Shown: positions 26,421 to 34,883 of the stretch, one piece after another
Layout: each line of letters opens with the position of its first letter
How positions within the stretch are numbered: the stretch's first letter is position 1
IMG/VR virus record: IMGVR_UViG_3300010048_000007
Span: 1-46,262 of that record
Direction: 5' to 3' (one strand)
DNA: 46,262 nucleotides
From: a virus
Lineage: Duplodnaviria; Caudoviricetes
Made by a program: the position numbers and the translations under genes
Notes under the pieces: generated by a model
What the model saw: the letters and a program-made list of their open reading frames with translations, nothing else
What the model was told of the DNA's origin: nothing
Database searches by the model: none

Positions 26421-27356
26421 TCAGGGATGATACACATGAACGTATTGCATCGTACCATCGGTGGTTTGCGGTGGACAATAAAAAGAGCCACCACCGCCTG
26501 TGTACCAAGCCACCGTTTGAACCACCGTGTTCGTGCCGTAAGGATACATAACTCCGGACTGTACTTCTATTTGCGTCCCGTCGATGTAGGTGCCATATAT
26601 GCCGTGATTATATGTGTTTTGCTGGTAGCCATCGATGTATAGGTAATAGTTCCCGCTGAGGCGTTTCATTCCGACGGTGTGCCAATTCCCATCGCGTATT
26701 ATCTTATCTACATTTACCCAACCACCGCCGTTGTCTAATCTCACGGCACTGGCCTGAGATGATGCTGTTGCATTGCCCCAGATAATCCTGCCCCAGCCGC
26801 CGTATTCCGGCATATCTATTTCCATCCCGGTGGGATTATAGCTCTGAAAAGCGCCGCCCGCACTCTCAAACCAAAAATCGGTATCGTCGGTACTGGGACT
26901 CCCGGGAGGCGTGATTCGACGTTTGTATTCAACATAAAAGTCGCCGGGTAAATTCAAATTGGAGTTCCATATATAAGGAAGAAAATGATAGGTCCCTGTT
27001 CCATAACTGCCACTCACGAGATATTCTCCGGTGTGCACTCCCTCATTGGTATAATATGGGAGTGCTTGCTGGACAGTGCAGGTTCCCGTTGTGTCCGGTA
27101 CAGCGAAGCCCTGGCCATAACCCGGCGGGAGTGATGTCACCTTATCAAAATCTGCAGAAGCCGTAGTGTCACACGGCCACGACACCCCGGCGGCGGCACT
27201 GTTGTCGGCGTCACCGCAGGTGCCACCACCACCGCCGCCACCGCCACCACCACCACCACTAGTGACGGTGAACGGTGTTGATACAACTGCATTGGCGGCG
27301 CCGACAAGAAGGCATAGTATCAATACCGCAAGAATAACCACCCGAGCGTTCCTCAT
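26421..27356 (-). CDS. Signal peptide + poly-Gly linker + GH16-like domain
   Basis: FYVEYK, MEIDMPE, WHTVGM, YIDG, QYVHVY; 4 mature Cys. Confidence 0.72.
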   Translation of the reverse strand: MRNARVVILAVLILCLLVGAANAVVSTPFTVTSGGGGGGGGGGGGTCGDADNSAAAGVSWPCDTTASADFDKVTSLPPGYGQGFAVPDTTGTCTVQQALPYYTNEGVHTGEYLVSGSYGTGTYHFLPYIWNSNLNLPGDFYVEYKRRITPPGSPSTDDTDFWFESAGGAFQSYNPTGMEIDMPEYGGWGRIIWGNATASSQASAVRLDNGGGWVNVDKIIRDGNWHTVGMKRLSGNYYLYIDGYQQNTYNHGIYGTYIDGTQIEVQSGVMYPYGTNTVVQTVAWYTGGGGSFYCPPQTTDGTMQYVHVYHP

Positions 27357-27377
27357 TGCGCTGTCACCGAGAAGTGA

Positions 27378-30050
27378 TCACGGATGATATACATGAATAT
27401 ACTGATATACAGTGTCGGAATTAGCTTGCGGGCAGCTATATTGCGGATAAGGGTGCCACCCTTGAAAAATCCAAACCATTTGTGAAGTAGCAAAACTCGA
27501 ATATTGTGGCCCACCAATGCCTTTTTGCGGTCCAGGCCACGGAGTACCGCCAACCGAGTTCGTCGATACCTGAACACCATCCACCCAAAACGTAAATTGG
27601 GCAGTAGCACTAGAGCCGGAGCCGGAGGTTGTCCTAACCATTCCTACCGTGTGGGGATTGGTATCGGCATTAAAATTGCCGAGTTGCGGCCATGCACTAG
27701 GCGGATAATAATTGTATCCTTGATCGCCCGGTCCGCTACCACCCCAGCCTGGGCTCCACAAGAACCAGTTCAATGTTGTGCCTTCAGGTAGATCGATTTC
27801 CGTACTCGTGCTCGAAGCACCCACAAGCGGTTCAGGCGGTCCCGGAACACCAGAATTTTCTGAAAAGAAATCCGAGTTTATCCAATAGTAATTTCCTGGT
27901 GGAAGCTGCCTTTTCTTATACTCGATATAGAAGCTGCCCGCTGGGCCGCTCCACTTGGAATAGGTTTGTGCGCCCACAAAGGTGGCGTTAGTACCGGCAA
28001 CATTTGACTGATGCAATCCCTGACTATCTAGCATGGGAGGATACCCAGTAATTGTGCTACAAGCGCCTGTACTTGTATCTACCGGCGTCAGATTGCCAAG
28101 ATAATACGAGCCTGCTGTCCATTTTGATGTGTTGAACACACCTCCATCGCGGTCAAAATCATCGCTCATCGCTGAGTCACAAGTCCAGTTTGACGGAACA
28201 CCAGCCGCAACATGATTATCGGCATCCTGACAGCCGGTGCCGCCGCCGCCCCCACCGCCGCCGTCGTAGGTGTTGCTGGCAAACCATGCGGCATAGTAAC
28301 TCTGCGGCGTACTTGGTACGGACATGTTGCAGGATCCCGAAGGAACGATCGCGGTCCCCGCCGTCTGCGAGCAACTATTTGTATACGCCCATGAATATCC
28401 CGCAGCGTCACAATTCGCACTATTAAAAGTAGCAGAATTACAGATCATAATCCGGCTATTTGCATTCTGCCCCGGCAGCGGCCCATTGCTCCAGGCAAAT
28501 GCCGCTGTAGAGCCGGCCGTCACTGTAGCATTACTGCTTCCGTTGACAGTGATGGCAGGCGAACCGCTGGTCACCGAGAACGGTGCCGATGCGCCGACAT
28601 TATAAGCAGAAACTGCAACATTAAAATAGTTAGCAACGTAATTGCCCGCCACCGCTGGTGCGATGAGCGAGCAGTTATTTGATGTAACCCCGGGGGCTGA
28701 AGGCGCCGCTTGACTGCAATTTTTTAGATATGCCCAACTATATCCTGCGCCGTCACACTGCGCGTTTGATGCCGTCACCCCAGCATTACATATTCCAATC
28801 CAGTCGTTCGCATTCCCGGCGCCGCCGCTCACCGCCACCGTCATGGAAGCACCGCTCGCCACCGTTGCGCCACTTGACTGCCCATTCACCGTGATCCGCG
28901 GCCCCGCAGCAGCAGTCACCGTCACCGTCTGCGGCCAGCAGCTCGGAGAATTGCTCACCCCACTCATCGTCGCAACTACACCTACGCGATACGCCCGTAC
29001 TGTACCAAGATTGGTTGATGCCGCCGTATTCAGATTGGCTGTCCCAGACGGCACGGTGAACGAGTTATTATCTGCGGTATCTGCCGCCGCGCACCCAGTT
29101 CCCGTCCCTACCGCATAGGATGCCGACGCCGGACACGTCGCCGAGCACGTCGTTGAGAGCGTGCCAACCGTTCCAGCGAAACCCTGTGCTATATTGTTAG
29201 GAGGAGGACTAACGGAAACTCCAGTGATCGATGGCTGGGTGGAGCCGCCAACCGTGAAGGGAGCGCTTGCATAAACCGGAAGGCTAAAATTATTACCAGT
29301 CCATCCCGCGAAGACAGCAAAATAATTGCCGTTCGTACCCGGCGCTGTCATCGCGCATGTTGCCGATGCCAGCCCCGTTGCTGGCGGCGGCTTGTTACCC
29401 GGCGGCTCACCGCTAAGAGAACTGCAATCTAAATACTTCCCGTCATAGCCGGCCGAATAACAGGACCCCCCCGAAACGGACGCCCCATCCGCATTGCAAA
29501 TCATCATTGTATCTGTATTATGCGCGGGGCCACCGCTGACCGCCACGCTGATCGAGGCCCCAGCGGTCACTGTCGTGCCCGTCGTCGAGCCATTGACGGA
29601 AATAGCTGCGGTAACCGCGCCTTGGGCCGTTATACTCTGCCCAAACCCCACGCCATTGACATATACGTTCCCAGTAACAGTGGTACCAATACAAATCAAA
29701 TATGATCCGGCCCGAAGTCCGCCGCCGGAGATATCGGGGCCACTTGGATTGATGCTCAATGTGTTACCCTGAACCAAGAAATCCTGATTGTTTGCTGAAT
29801 TTGTGGAGGTGCAATTTGGTGCCGTCACTGACAGTGCATAGGACGGACTAGTACATTGCGCCGGCGTGCTGCACACCGTCGAGATCGTAGCCACCGTACC
29901 CGAGCAGGGCGCCGTACACGTATTGGCGCTCAAATTCTGCTGCTGAATCACCGCACCGACAGTCAATTGCGTCTGCTGAACATACGCCAATGCTCCAGCC
30001 GACATTCCTATAGCAACAATGACGCTGACTATCCAGCCGCTGCTTTTCAT
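27378..30050 (-). CDS. Signal peptide + five cadherin/Ig-like Cys-paired repeats + GH16-like domain
   Basis: Repeats ITVNG...IC...C...GY.W...C...C and CS..C...C...NN.F; TEIDLPE, HTVGM, QYIHVY; 26 Cys. Confidence 0.75.
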   Translation of the reverse strand: MKSSGWIVSVIVAIGMSAGALAYVQQTQLTVGAVIQQQNLSANTCTAPCSGTVATISTVCSTPAQCTSPSYALSVTAPNCTSTNSANNQDFLVQGNTLSINPSGPDISGGGLRAGSYLICIGTTVTGNVYVNGVGFGQSITAQGAVTAAISVNGSTTGTTVTAGASISVAVSGGPAHNTDTMMICNADGASVSGGSCYSAGYDGKYLDCSSLSGEPPGNKPPPATGLASATCAMTAPGTNGNYFAVFAGWTGNNFSLPVYASAPFTVGGSTQPSITGVSVSPPPNNIAQGFAGTVGTLSTTCSATCPASASYAVGTGTGCAAADTADNNSFTVPSGTANLNTAASTNLGTVRAYRVGVVATMSGVSNSPSCWPQTVTVTAAAGPRITVNGQSSGATVASGASMTVAVSGGAGNANDWIGICNAGVTASNAQCDGAGYSWAYLKNCSQAAPSAPGVTSNNCSLIAPAVAGNYVANYFNVAVSAYNVGASAPFSVTSGSPAITVNGSSNATVTAGSTAAFAWSNGPLPGQNANSRIMICNSATFNSANCDAAGYSWAYTNSCSQTAGTAIVPSGSCNMSVPSTPQSYYAAWFASNTYDGGGGGGGGTGCQDADNHVAAGVPSNWTCDSAMSDDFDRDGGVFNTSKWTAGSYYLGNLTPVDTSTGACSTITGYPPMLDSQGLHQSNVAGTNATFVGAQTYSKWSGPAGSFYIEYKKRQLPPGNYYWINSDFFSENSGVPGPPEPLVGASSTSTEIDLPEGTTLNWFLWSPGWGGSGPGDQGYNYYPPSAWPQLGNFNADTNPHTVGMVRTTSGSGSSATAQFTFWVDGVQVSTNSVGGTPWPGPQKGIGGPQYSSFATSQMVWIFQGWHPYPQYSCPQANSDTVYQYIHVYHP

Positions 30051-30063
30051 ACCGCTAGTCCTC

Positions 30064-33000
30064 TCAGTTTATCGTGAGAGTGAAGTCTGTGCAAACCGTC
30101 GGCCTGAATTGAACGCATATGTGTGTCACATGTGTGCCTATATCGCTCGGAGTGAAATTGCGCGCTTGATAGACGCTTAGATTATAAACAAGGAATAAAT
30201 CTTCATCGCTGGTGGTTATCCCCTCGTTAACAACAGTTCCGTTATTCGTTGGAATTGTTGCGGTAGCTAATGGATTGGTAACAGCGACGAGATTGCCGTT
30301 CCCACTGGGTATGGTAGCAGTATTGGGGCGGGTGGCGGCGGTATGATCCAACGTGATTCCCGTAACTCCCACCGCCGTAGTAGACGTGCCGTTCCATGGA
30401 TTAATCGATGCCACTGGCAATTCCGGATAATAACTCCCATCATAATGGCTGTTGCCAAAGCCATTTGGCCATAGTCTGTCCATAGCAACCATCTTAAATG
30501 AATCATTGCCCATATTGCACGCTTCTTGATCAGTATTGACCTGCATGTTCTCTCTAAAATGAGTGTTGCCCGGACCTTGGATACTCGCAAACAAATTATA
30601 TTGCCACGTTAGTAATTTGTTATTGTGCTCCCAGGGGGAGCGGCTGCCATCACACCACTCTGTCCAAAAGATAGCTTTGTTATGCTTTGCCGCAAAGCCA
30701 GTCACCATCTGTCGCTGACTATTTGAAAACTGGTCAATATAAATGTTAGCTGAGCTCGGTGGGCCTTGAGTATAAACGTAGTCATCTAGAGAAAACGCAT
30801 CCACCAGATCAGCGATAGATACTGGTACTCCGGGTCCAGTATACTCTAAATATGGTATCATATTGAGTCTGGCGGGGCCGTCTATGTCGAATTTTAAATT
30901 TGGGTTACAGCCATTTGCCACGCCGCAATCACGGAGCAATGCTTGTAACATTTTGAGTTCGTGCGCAACAGCGGTCGACCAACGGGCAGGAGATACATAT
31001 GCAATAAAGGCATCTTGCTGCCATGGAGAAAAGTATTCCCAGCCACAGCACCATTCTCCCTCTATGCGTATGTAATACAGCATATTGGCGTCGGGCCTGA
31101 GATACGTCGTAATGATGTTACTAATCGAACTATCCCATGTGCCCGCTGCAATTGCATCCCACTCTACCGGGCCCTGTATATGATAGATCGCTTCGCTGGT
31201 CATTGCTTCGCTGGGAATCGTTCCAACATTTACCTCAACTTGATAATTACCAAGGCCGGGTCCTCCGCTGGTGACTTTGACTTGCCCCGATGGAATGCCG
31301 GCGGCAAACAATCCATCTCCCACCCTTGGTCCGTTGCCGCTGCTTATCGCGGTGATGGTGAGGGTGGTGCCCGAGATCGAGCCGGTGAACGCCGAATGAT
31401 AGGCAGCGCTGCTTATCGTACTAGCGAGTGGGTATGGGGTCCCGTCGCGGCTGTCCACCAAATTTATCGTATAAACTCCTGCGGTCGGACCAGTGATTGA
31501 TCCAACGCTCGCGCAGCATGCCAGAGCACCGTTCCATTCACTAAACCAGATCTGCCATCCGGGGTTGATCTGGGAAGTCGCCCAGCCCTGCGCGCCATTT
31601 ATCGCCGCCAGCGTTGTGAACGTGAAGTAGGTATTCCCTGCCGTGCCGTTTACCCCACCCATGTAATTGGCATGCGGACCCCCGTCCGACGGCGACCCAT
31701 TGATATTGACGAGCACCGTGCCCCACCCCGCATTGCCCGGGATGCCCGGCTCGCCCCCCCATGTGTTGCTGTCCACGCCCCAACCGCAAATGTCACACGA
31801 CGGCTGCCCACCAACGCCATTCGGCAATCGGCCCAAGAAGGCCGTGGAAAATGGAGCAAAGCCGGTGCTGTAGGCCCACTGCGACAGCTGCATCGTCATT
31901 GGAATCGCTGTCTTGTTACACTGCCCTGGAGGCGTGGTGCTGCCCTGCACCGGCCCCGGCACACCCGGGTTGCATGGGTCGGTGTAGATGTGCCACGCCG
32001 ATCCATCCCAGTTAAACCATTCAAAATTCCTCAAATCATAAGCGTATAGATTTGGGTCACCTGGAATTGTTTCTAGTTGAAACGCTCCATAGTTTGTCCC
32101 AGGTTCTTTGAAATTACCGATCGTCGGTGGGTTAGTGAGCACACCGTTGCGCAACACCGGCCAATTGCCCTCGAGATCGGGCGCAAAACAGCCGGAACAG
32201 AGGGGAGCTGTTTTGTCAAACGACCATGTCGCACCAAAGCTGTCTTGAATTGTAGCCATAGAGGCCGGATTATTGGCATTAATAACTGTCGCCTGCAGCT
32301 GAGTTGTTCCAGTAATAGTAAATTCCGTATACTTCGAAGGGCCCGCGCTTGGCTGGCTGGTCTGTACGCAGATGTGATACGTGCCAGCCGCCGGGGCTGT
32401 CGTATTTACTGTTGCATTACCAGCACCGCCAAGTGAAAAATTTGTGGTATCTCCTTGATCGGTACAACCGCTGCTGACCAAATTATACGACCCGGCAAAC
32501 CCAGGCTGCGACGGAATCATCACCGTACTCAGTGTACCCACCACTTGTGGGGTTCCCGGCACAAATAAGCAACTCGAGGGGCACGCCAGCGTCGTCGCCC
32601 CAAGCGTCTGCGATGCCGCGCTCCCAACGATCGTAAATTCCTGATTCAGGGAGGCCATTCCCGACTGCGCTGCCCGAACACAGACATAATAGGTGCCTGC
32701 CGGTGGTACCGTTGCCGTTGTCTGCAGGGTAAACGTCGGAGCACTTCCAGCAATCTGGAAGTGAGTCATATCGATTGTGCCCGTACTACAATTAGTCCCG
32801 CCACTAACCAGCGTCATCGAGCCCGCGAAGGTTTGCGATGTGGGTTGCATCGTAGCCGACAATGTGCCAATCGTAAGAGGACCGCTCCCTCCCGTATTAA
32901 ACCCACAGCTGGGATTGCATGATAAGTTAATCGCGTAGATCTGAGTAGTACTGCCAGCCACTGTTGCAACAACCGACCACGTACAGTTGTCTTGGCTCGA

Positions 33001-33384
33001 TGTACAATCCGGCAACACCGGCGCAGCGTTTGTCGACAGCGCCCCGCTCGACGACATTGTCAAATACCCAGGCAACGCGCTGGCAGTAGCCGGGCACCCG
33101 GATTGGCTCGGAGTGCAAAGCGCAAAAGTGCCCGACGGAGTCGTTCCATCACTCATATGAATGACATACTGCGCAATCGTCGAGTTCTGGGGAGTCGTGT
33201 CCGGGATACATAAAGAGACATTAGGGCCAGTCGGACACACTCCACTGCCAGTCGCGGTCACTGACGCGATCGTAGGCGGCCCAGCTGGCCCTGGCGGTGA
33301 GCCGCCGCTCGGCATAAACAGCGCGTCAGCCCGCCACGCTAGCAGCACCAGAATGGCTACAAGCGAGAAAAGCCGCCGCATCAC
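30064..33384 (-). CDS. Signal peptide + cadherin-like repeats + GH26-like TIM-barrel domain
   Basis: WDAIAAGTWD, YIRIEGEW..GW, VDAFSLDDY, KHNKAIFWTEW match GH26 acid/base and nucleophile contexts; 30 Cys. Confidence 0.7.
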   Translation of the reverse strand: MMRRLFSLVAILVLLAWRADALFMPSGGSPPGPAGPPTIASVTATGSGVCPTGPNVSLCIPDTTPQNSTIAQYVIHMSDGTTPSGTFALCTPSQSGCPATASALPGYLTMSSSGALSTNAAPVLPDCTSSQDNCTWSVVATVAGSTTQIYAINLSCNPSCGFNTGGSGPLTIGTLSATMQPTSQTFAGSMTLVSGGTNCSTGTIDMTHFQIAGSAPTFTLQTTATVPPAGTYYVCVRAAQSGMASLNQEFTIVGSAASQTLGATTLACPSSCLFVPGTPQVVGTLSTVMIPSQPGFAGSYNLVSSGCTDQGDTTNFSLGGAGNATVNTTAPAAGTYHICVQTSQPSAGPSKYTEFTITGTTQLQATVINANNPASMATIQDSFGATWSFDKTAPLCSGCFAPDLEGNWPVLRNGVLTNPPTIGNFKEPGTNYGAFQLETIPGDPNLYAYDLRNFEWFNWDGSAWHIYTDPCNPGVPGPVQGSTTPPGQCNKTAIPMTMQLSQWAYSTGFAPFSTAFLGRLPNGVGGQPSCDICGWGVDSNTWGGEPGIPGNAGWGTVLVNINGSPSDGGPHANYMGGVNGTAGNTYFTFTTLAAINGAQGWATSQINPGWQIWFSEWNGALACCASVGSITGPTAGVYTINLVDSRDGTPYPLASTISSAAYHSAFTGSISGTTLTITAISSGNGPRVGDGLFAAGIPSGQVKVTSGGPGLGNYQVEVNVGTIPSEAMTSEAIYHIQGPVEWDAIAAGTWDSSISNIITTYLRPDANMLYYIRIEGEWCCGWEYFSPWQQDAFIAYVSPARWSTAVAHELKMLQALLRDCGVANGCNPNLKFDIDGPARLNMIPYLEYTGPGVPVSIADLVDAFSLDDYVYTQGPPSSANIYIDQFSNSQRQMVTGFAAKHNKAIFWTEWCDGSRSPWEHNNKLLTWQYNLFASIQGPGNTHFRENMQVNTDQEACNMGNDSFKMVAMDRLWPNGFGNSHYDGSYYPELPVASINPWNGTSTTAVGVTGITLDHTAATRPNTATIPSGNGNLVAVTNPLATATIPTNNGTVVNEGITTSDEDLFLVYNLSVYQARNFTPSDIGTHVTHICVQFRPTVCTDFTLTIN

Positions 33385-33893
33385 TTTGCCCCCAACCCCC
33401 AGAGATCGTATTCCGGCTTGCCAGTTGTCTCATTCAAAAAGAAATGCACCGTAACAGCCGAATCCTTCCCCATCGTCTGTGTAAACCCTAACGGCGATGG
33501 ATTTGCGGTCACGCCCGGACCAGGAACAACCAAAACAGTCCCACCACTTGTTCTTTGTACAAGCGACAGATCACAGGGATCACTCAGCCCATTATTATTA
33601 ATCGTCACAGTGACCGGCGAGCTCGAAGTATAATGTATGTGCTTGGCACAATCCGCGAGCGTCGGCGCGTCAGCCACACCAGAAAACACTCGCTTGGGCG
33701 ATTGCGGCCCTGGCGGCGCCGTCATCGGCACAGGAGTCCGCGGCGCCTTCACGTCTGTAGAAAACGGCATATATGGAGTACCCCTCTCCATTGGCGGCCT
33801 CAACTGATGCTTGGTGGACGGCGGCATTCCCGTTTGCGCGAATGCTGGCAGCCCCGATGCCATCAACAGGCCCACCATCACGAGCATTTTCAT
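33381..33893 (-). CDS. Signal peptide + tail-fibre distal-type domain
   Basis: MKMLVMVGLLMASGLPAFA|Q; TLADCAKHI...VTVTI...LVQ..GGTV.VVPGPGVT...YDLWG resembles fibre C-terminal domains. Confidence 0.6.
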   Translation of the reverse strand: MKMLVMVGLLMASGLPAFAQTGMPPSTKHQLRPPMERGTPYMPFSTDVKAPRTPVPMTAPPGPQSPKRVFSGVADAPTLADCAKHIHYTSSSPVTVTINNNGLSDPCDLSLVQRTSGGTVLVVPGPGVTANPSPLGFTQTMGKDSAVTVHFFLNETTGKPEYDLWGLGAK

Positions 33894-33903
33894 GTATCGA
33901 TCC

Positions 33904-34656
33904 TCATGGGTGTTTCAATGCCGCGATTACCCCAATTACGGCGCCGGTACCATTACTAGGATAATTGGCCGTAACACTATTGGCACCGAGAACACCGTTA
34001 GGGTTATACCCAAAGAACGAAGTCCCAGAGAACATTGTCCAGCCGCTGCTCAAGCTCGCACTGGCACCACTATTTGCAACAAATCCCGCAAAGATGAGCA
34101 GCTCGCCCGTCTGTGACGCGCCCGCACCAGCAAGCGCGACTGTTACTGAGGTGCCAGTGGTTTGTTGCAGGTTGCCCACGCCATCATCGGGTGAGGCATT
34201 CGCACCACCTACATCGACATAGGCTATCTCTGGATAATAGACTCCTGTATAGCTCACGACCGGAATAATCGTCCCGTCGCCAGTCACTGGGCACCACCAA
34301 ATCTCCGCCTTTACTGGAGCGGCTGCCGTACCAGGACCACCAGCAAACCCCTGACAAGAACCAATTGTCGCTGTCCCTGAGCTTTTCGTTATACTTGTTG
34401 TGTAGTCGGTCAAGGTACCTGTGCACGACGAATCAGGGCAATAACTCGTCATCACCAACAGAATATGACCATGCGTAACGGTTGTCGCCGCGGTCGGCGT
34501 ACAACTCGTCAATGCGCTGGAGCCTGGGCAAATATATATCTGAAAACCAGTTAGCACAAAGCCGCCGCCTCCGCCGCCGCGAGCCAGTACCATATTGGCG
34601 TGTGCCGCTCCGGGCAGCAGCAGCAATATCGGCATCAATAAAACAAGCCGTATCAT
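33904..34656 (-). CDS. Signal-peptide beta-rich adhesin-like protein
   Basis: MIRLVLLMPILLLLPGAAHA|N, poly-Gly, two-lobed beta-sandwich pattern like 17795..18904; 6 Cys. Confidence 0.6.
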   Translation of the reverse strand: MIRLVLLMPILLLLPGAAHANMVLARGGGGGGFVLTGFQIYICPGSSALTSCTPTAATTVTHGHILLVMTSYCPDSSCTGTLTDYTTSITKSSGTATIGSCQGFAGGPGTAAAPVKAEIWWCPVTGDGTIIPVVSYTGVYYPEIAYVDVGGANASPDDGVGNLQQTTGTSVTVALAGAGASQTGELLIFAGFVANSGASASLSSGWTMFSGTSFFGYNPNGVLGANSVTANYPSNGTGAVIGVIAALKHP

Positions 34657-34694
34657 CTGATGCCCCTTGACTTACTCTGAAATACCTGACAGCC

Positions 34695-34883
34695 ATGGCT
34701 CCCATGGATGAAGAACATTGGAAGCCCATTCCCGGCTACCCAGGATATGAAGCCAGCAGCCGAGGCTGGCTTTACCACAAAGGAACCGTGACACAAGTTG
34801 CTCTCGCCAAACGCTTCGGCGTTTCGTCCATGACTATTTCTCGCGTTGTTCATTACTTCACTTACCCTGTAGCTCATCTGTAA
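34695..34883 (+). pseudogene. Internally deleted NUMOD4-HNH homing endonuclease remnant (NUMOD4 start fused to terminal HTH)
   Basis: EEHWKPIPGYPGYEASSRG (NUMOD4) joined directly to TQVALAKRFGVSSMTISRV (HTH); no HNH core. Confidence 0.7.

Noticed and set aside
27222-27257. GGN tract as a phase-variable simple repeat
   Set aside because: Mixed GGT/GGC codons of unit length three encode a Gly linker; slippage would not shift the frame
27357-27380. Stop-codon readthrough fusing the 890-aa and 311-aa genes (they are in frame, 7 codons apart)
   Set aside because: The downstream gene has its own signal peptide, and the spacer is better explained as a stranded C-terminus in another frame; there is no sign of genome-wide recoding
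25078-28262. Diversity-generating retroelement or invertase shufflon acting on adhesins
   Set aside because: No reverse transcriptase, no TR/VR pair with adenine-specific mismatches, and no recombinase or inverted crossover sites seen
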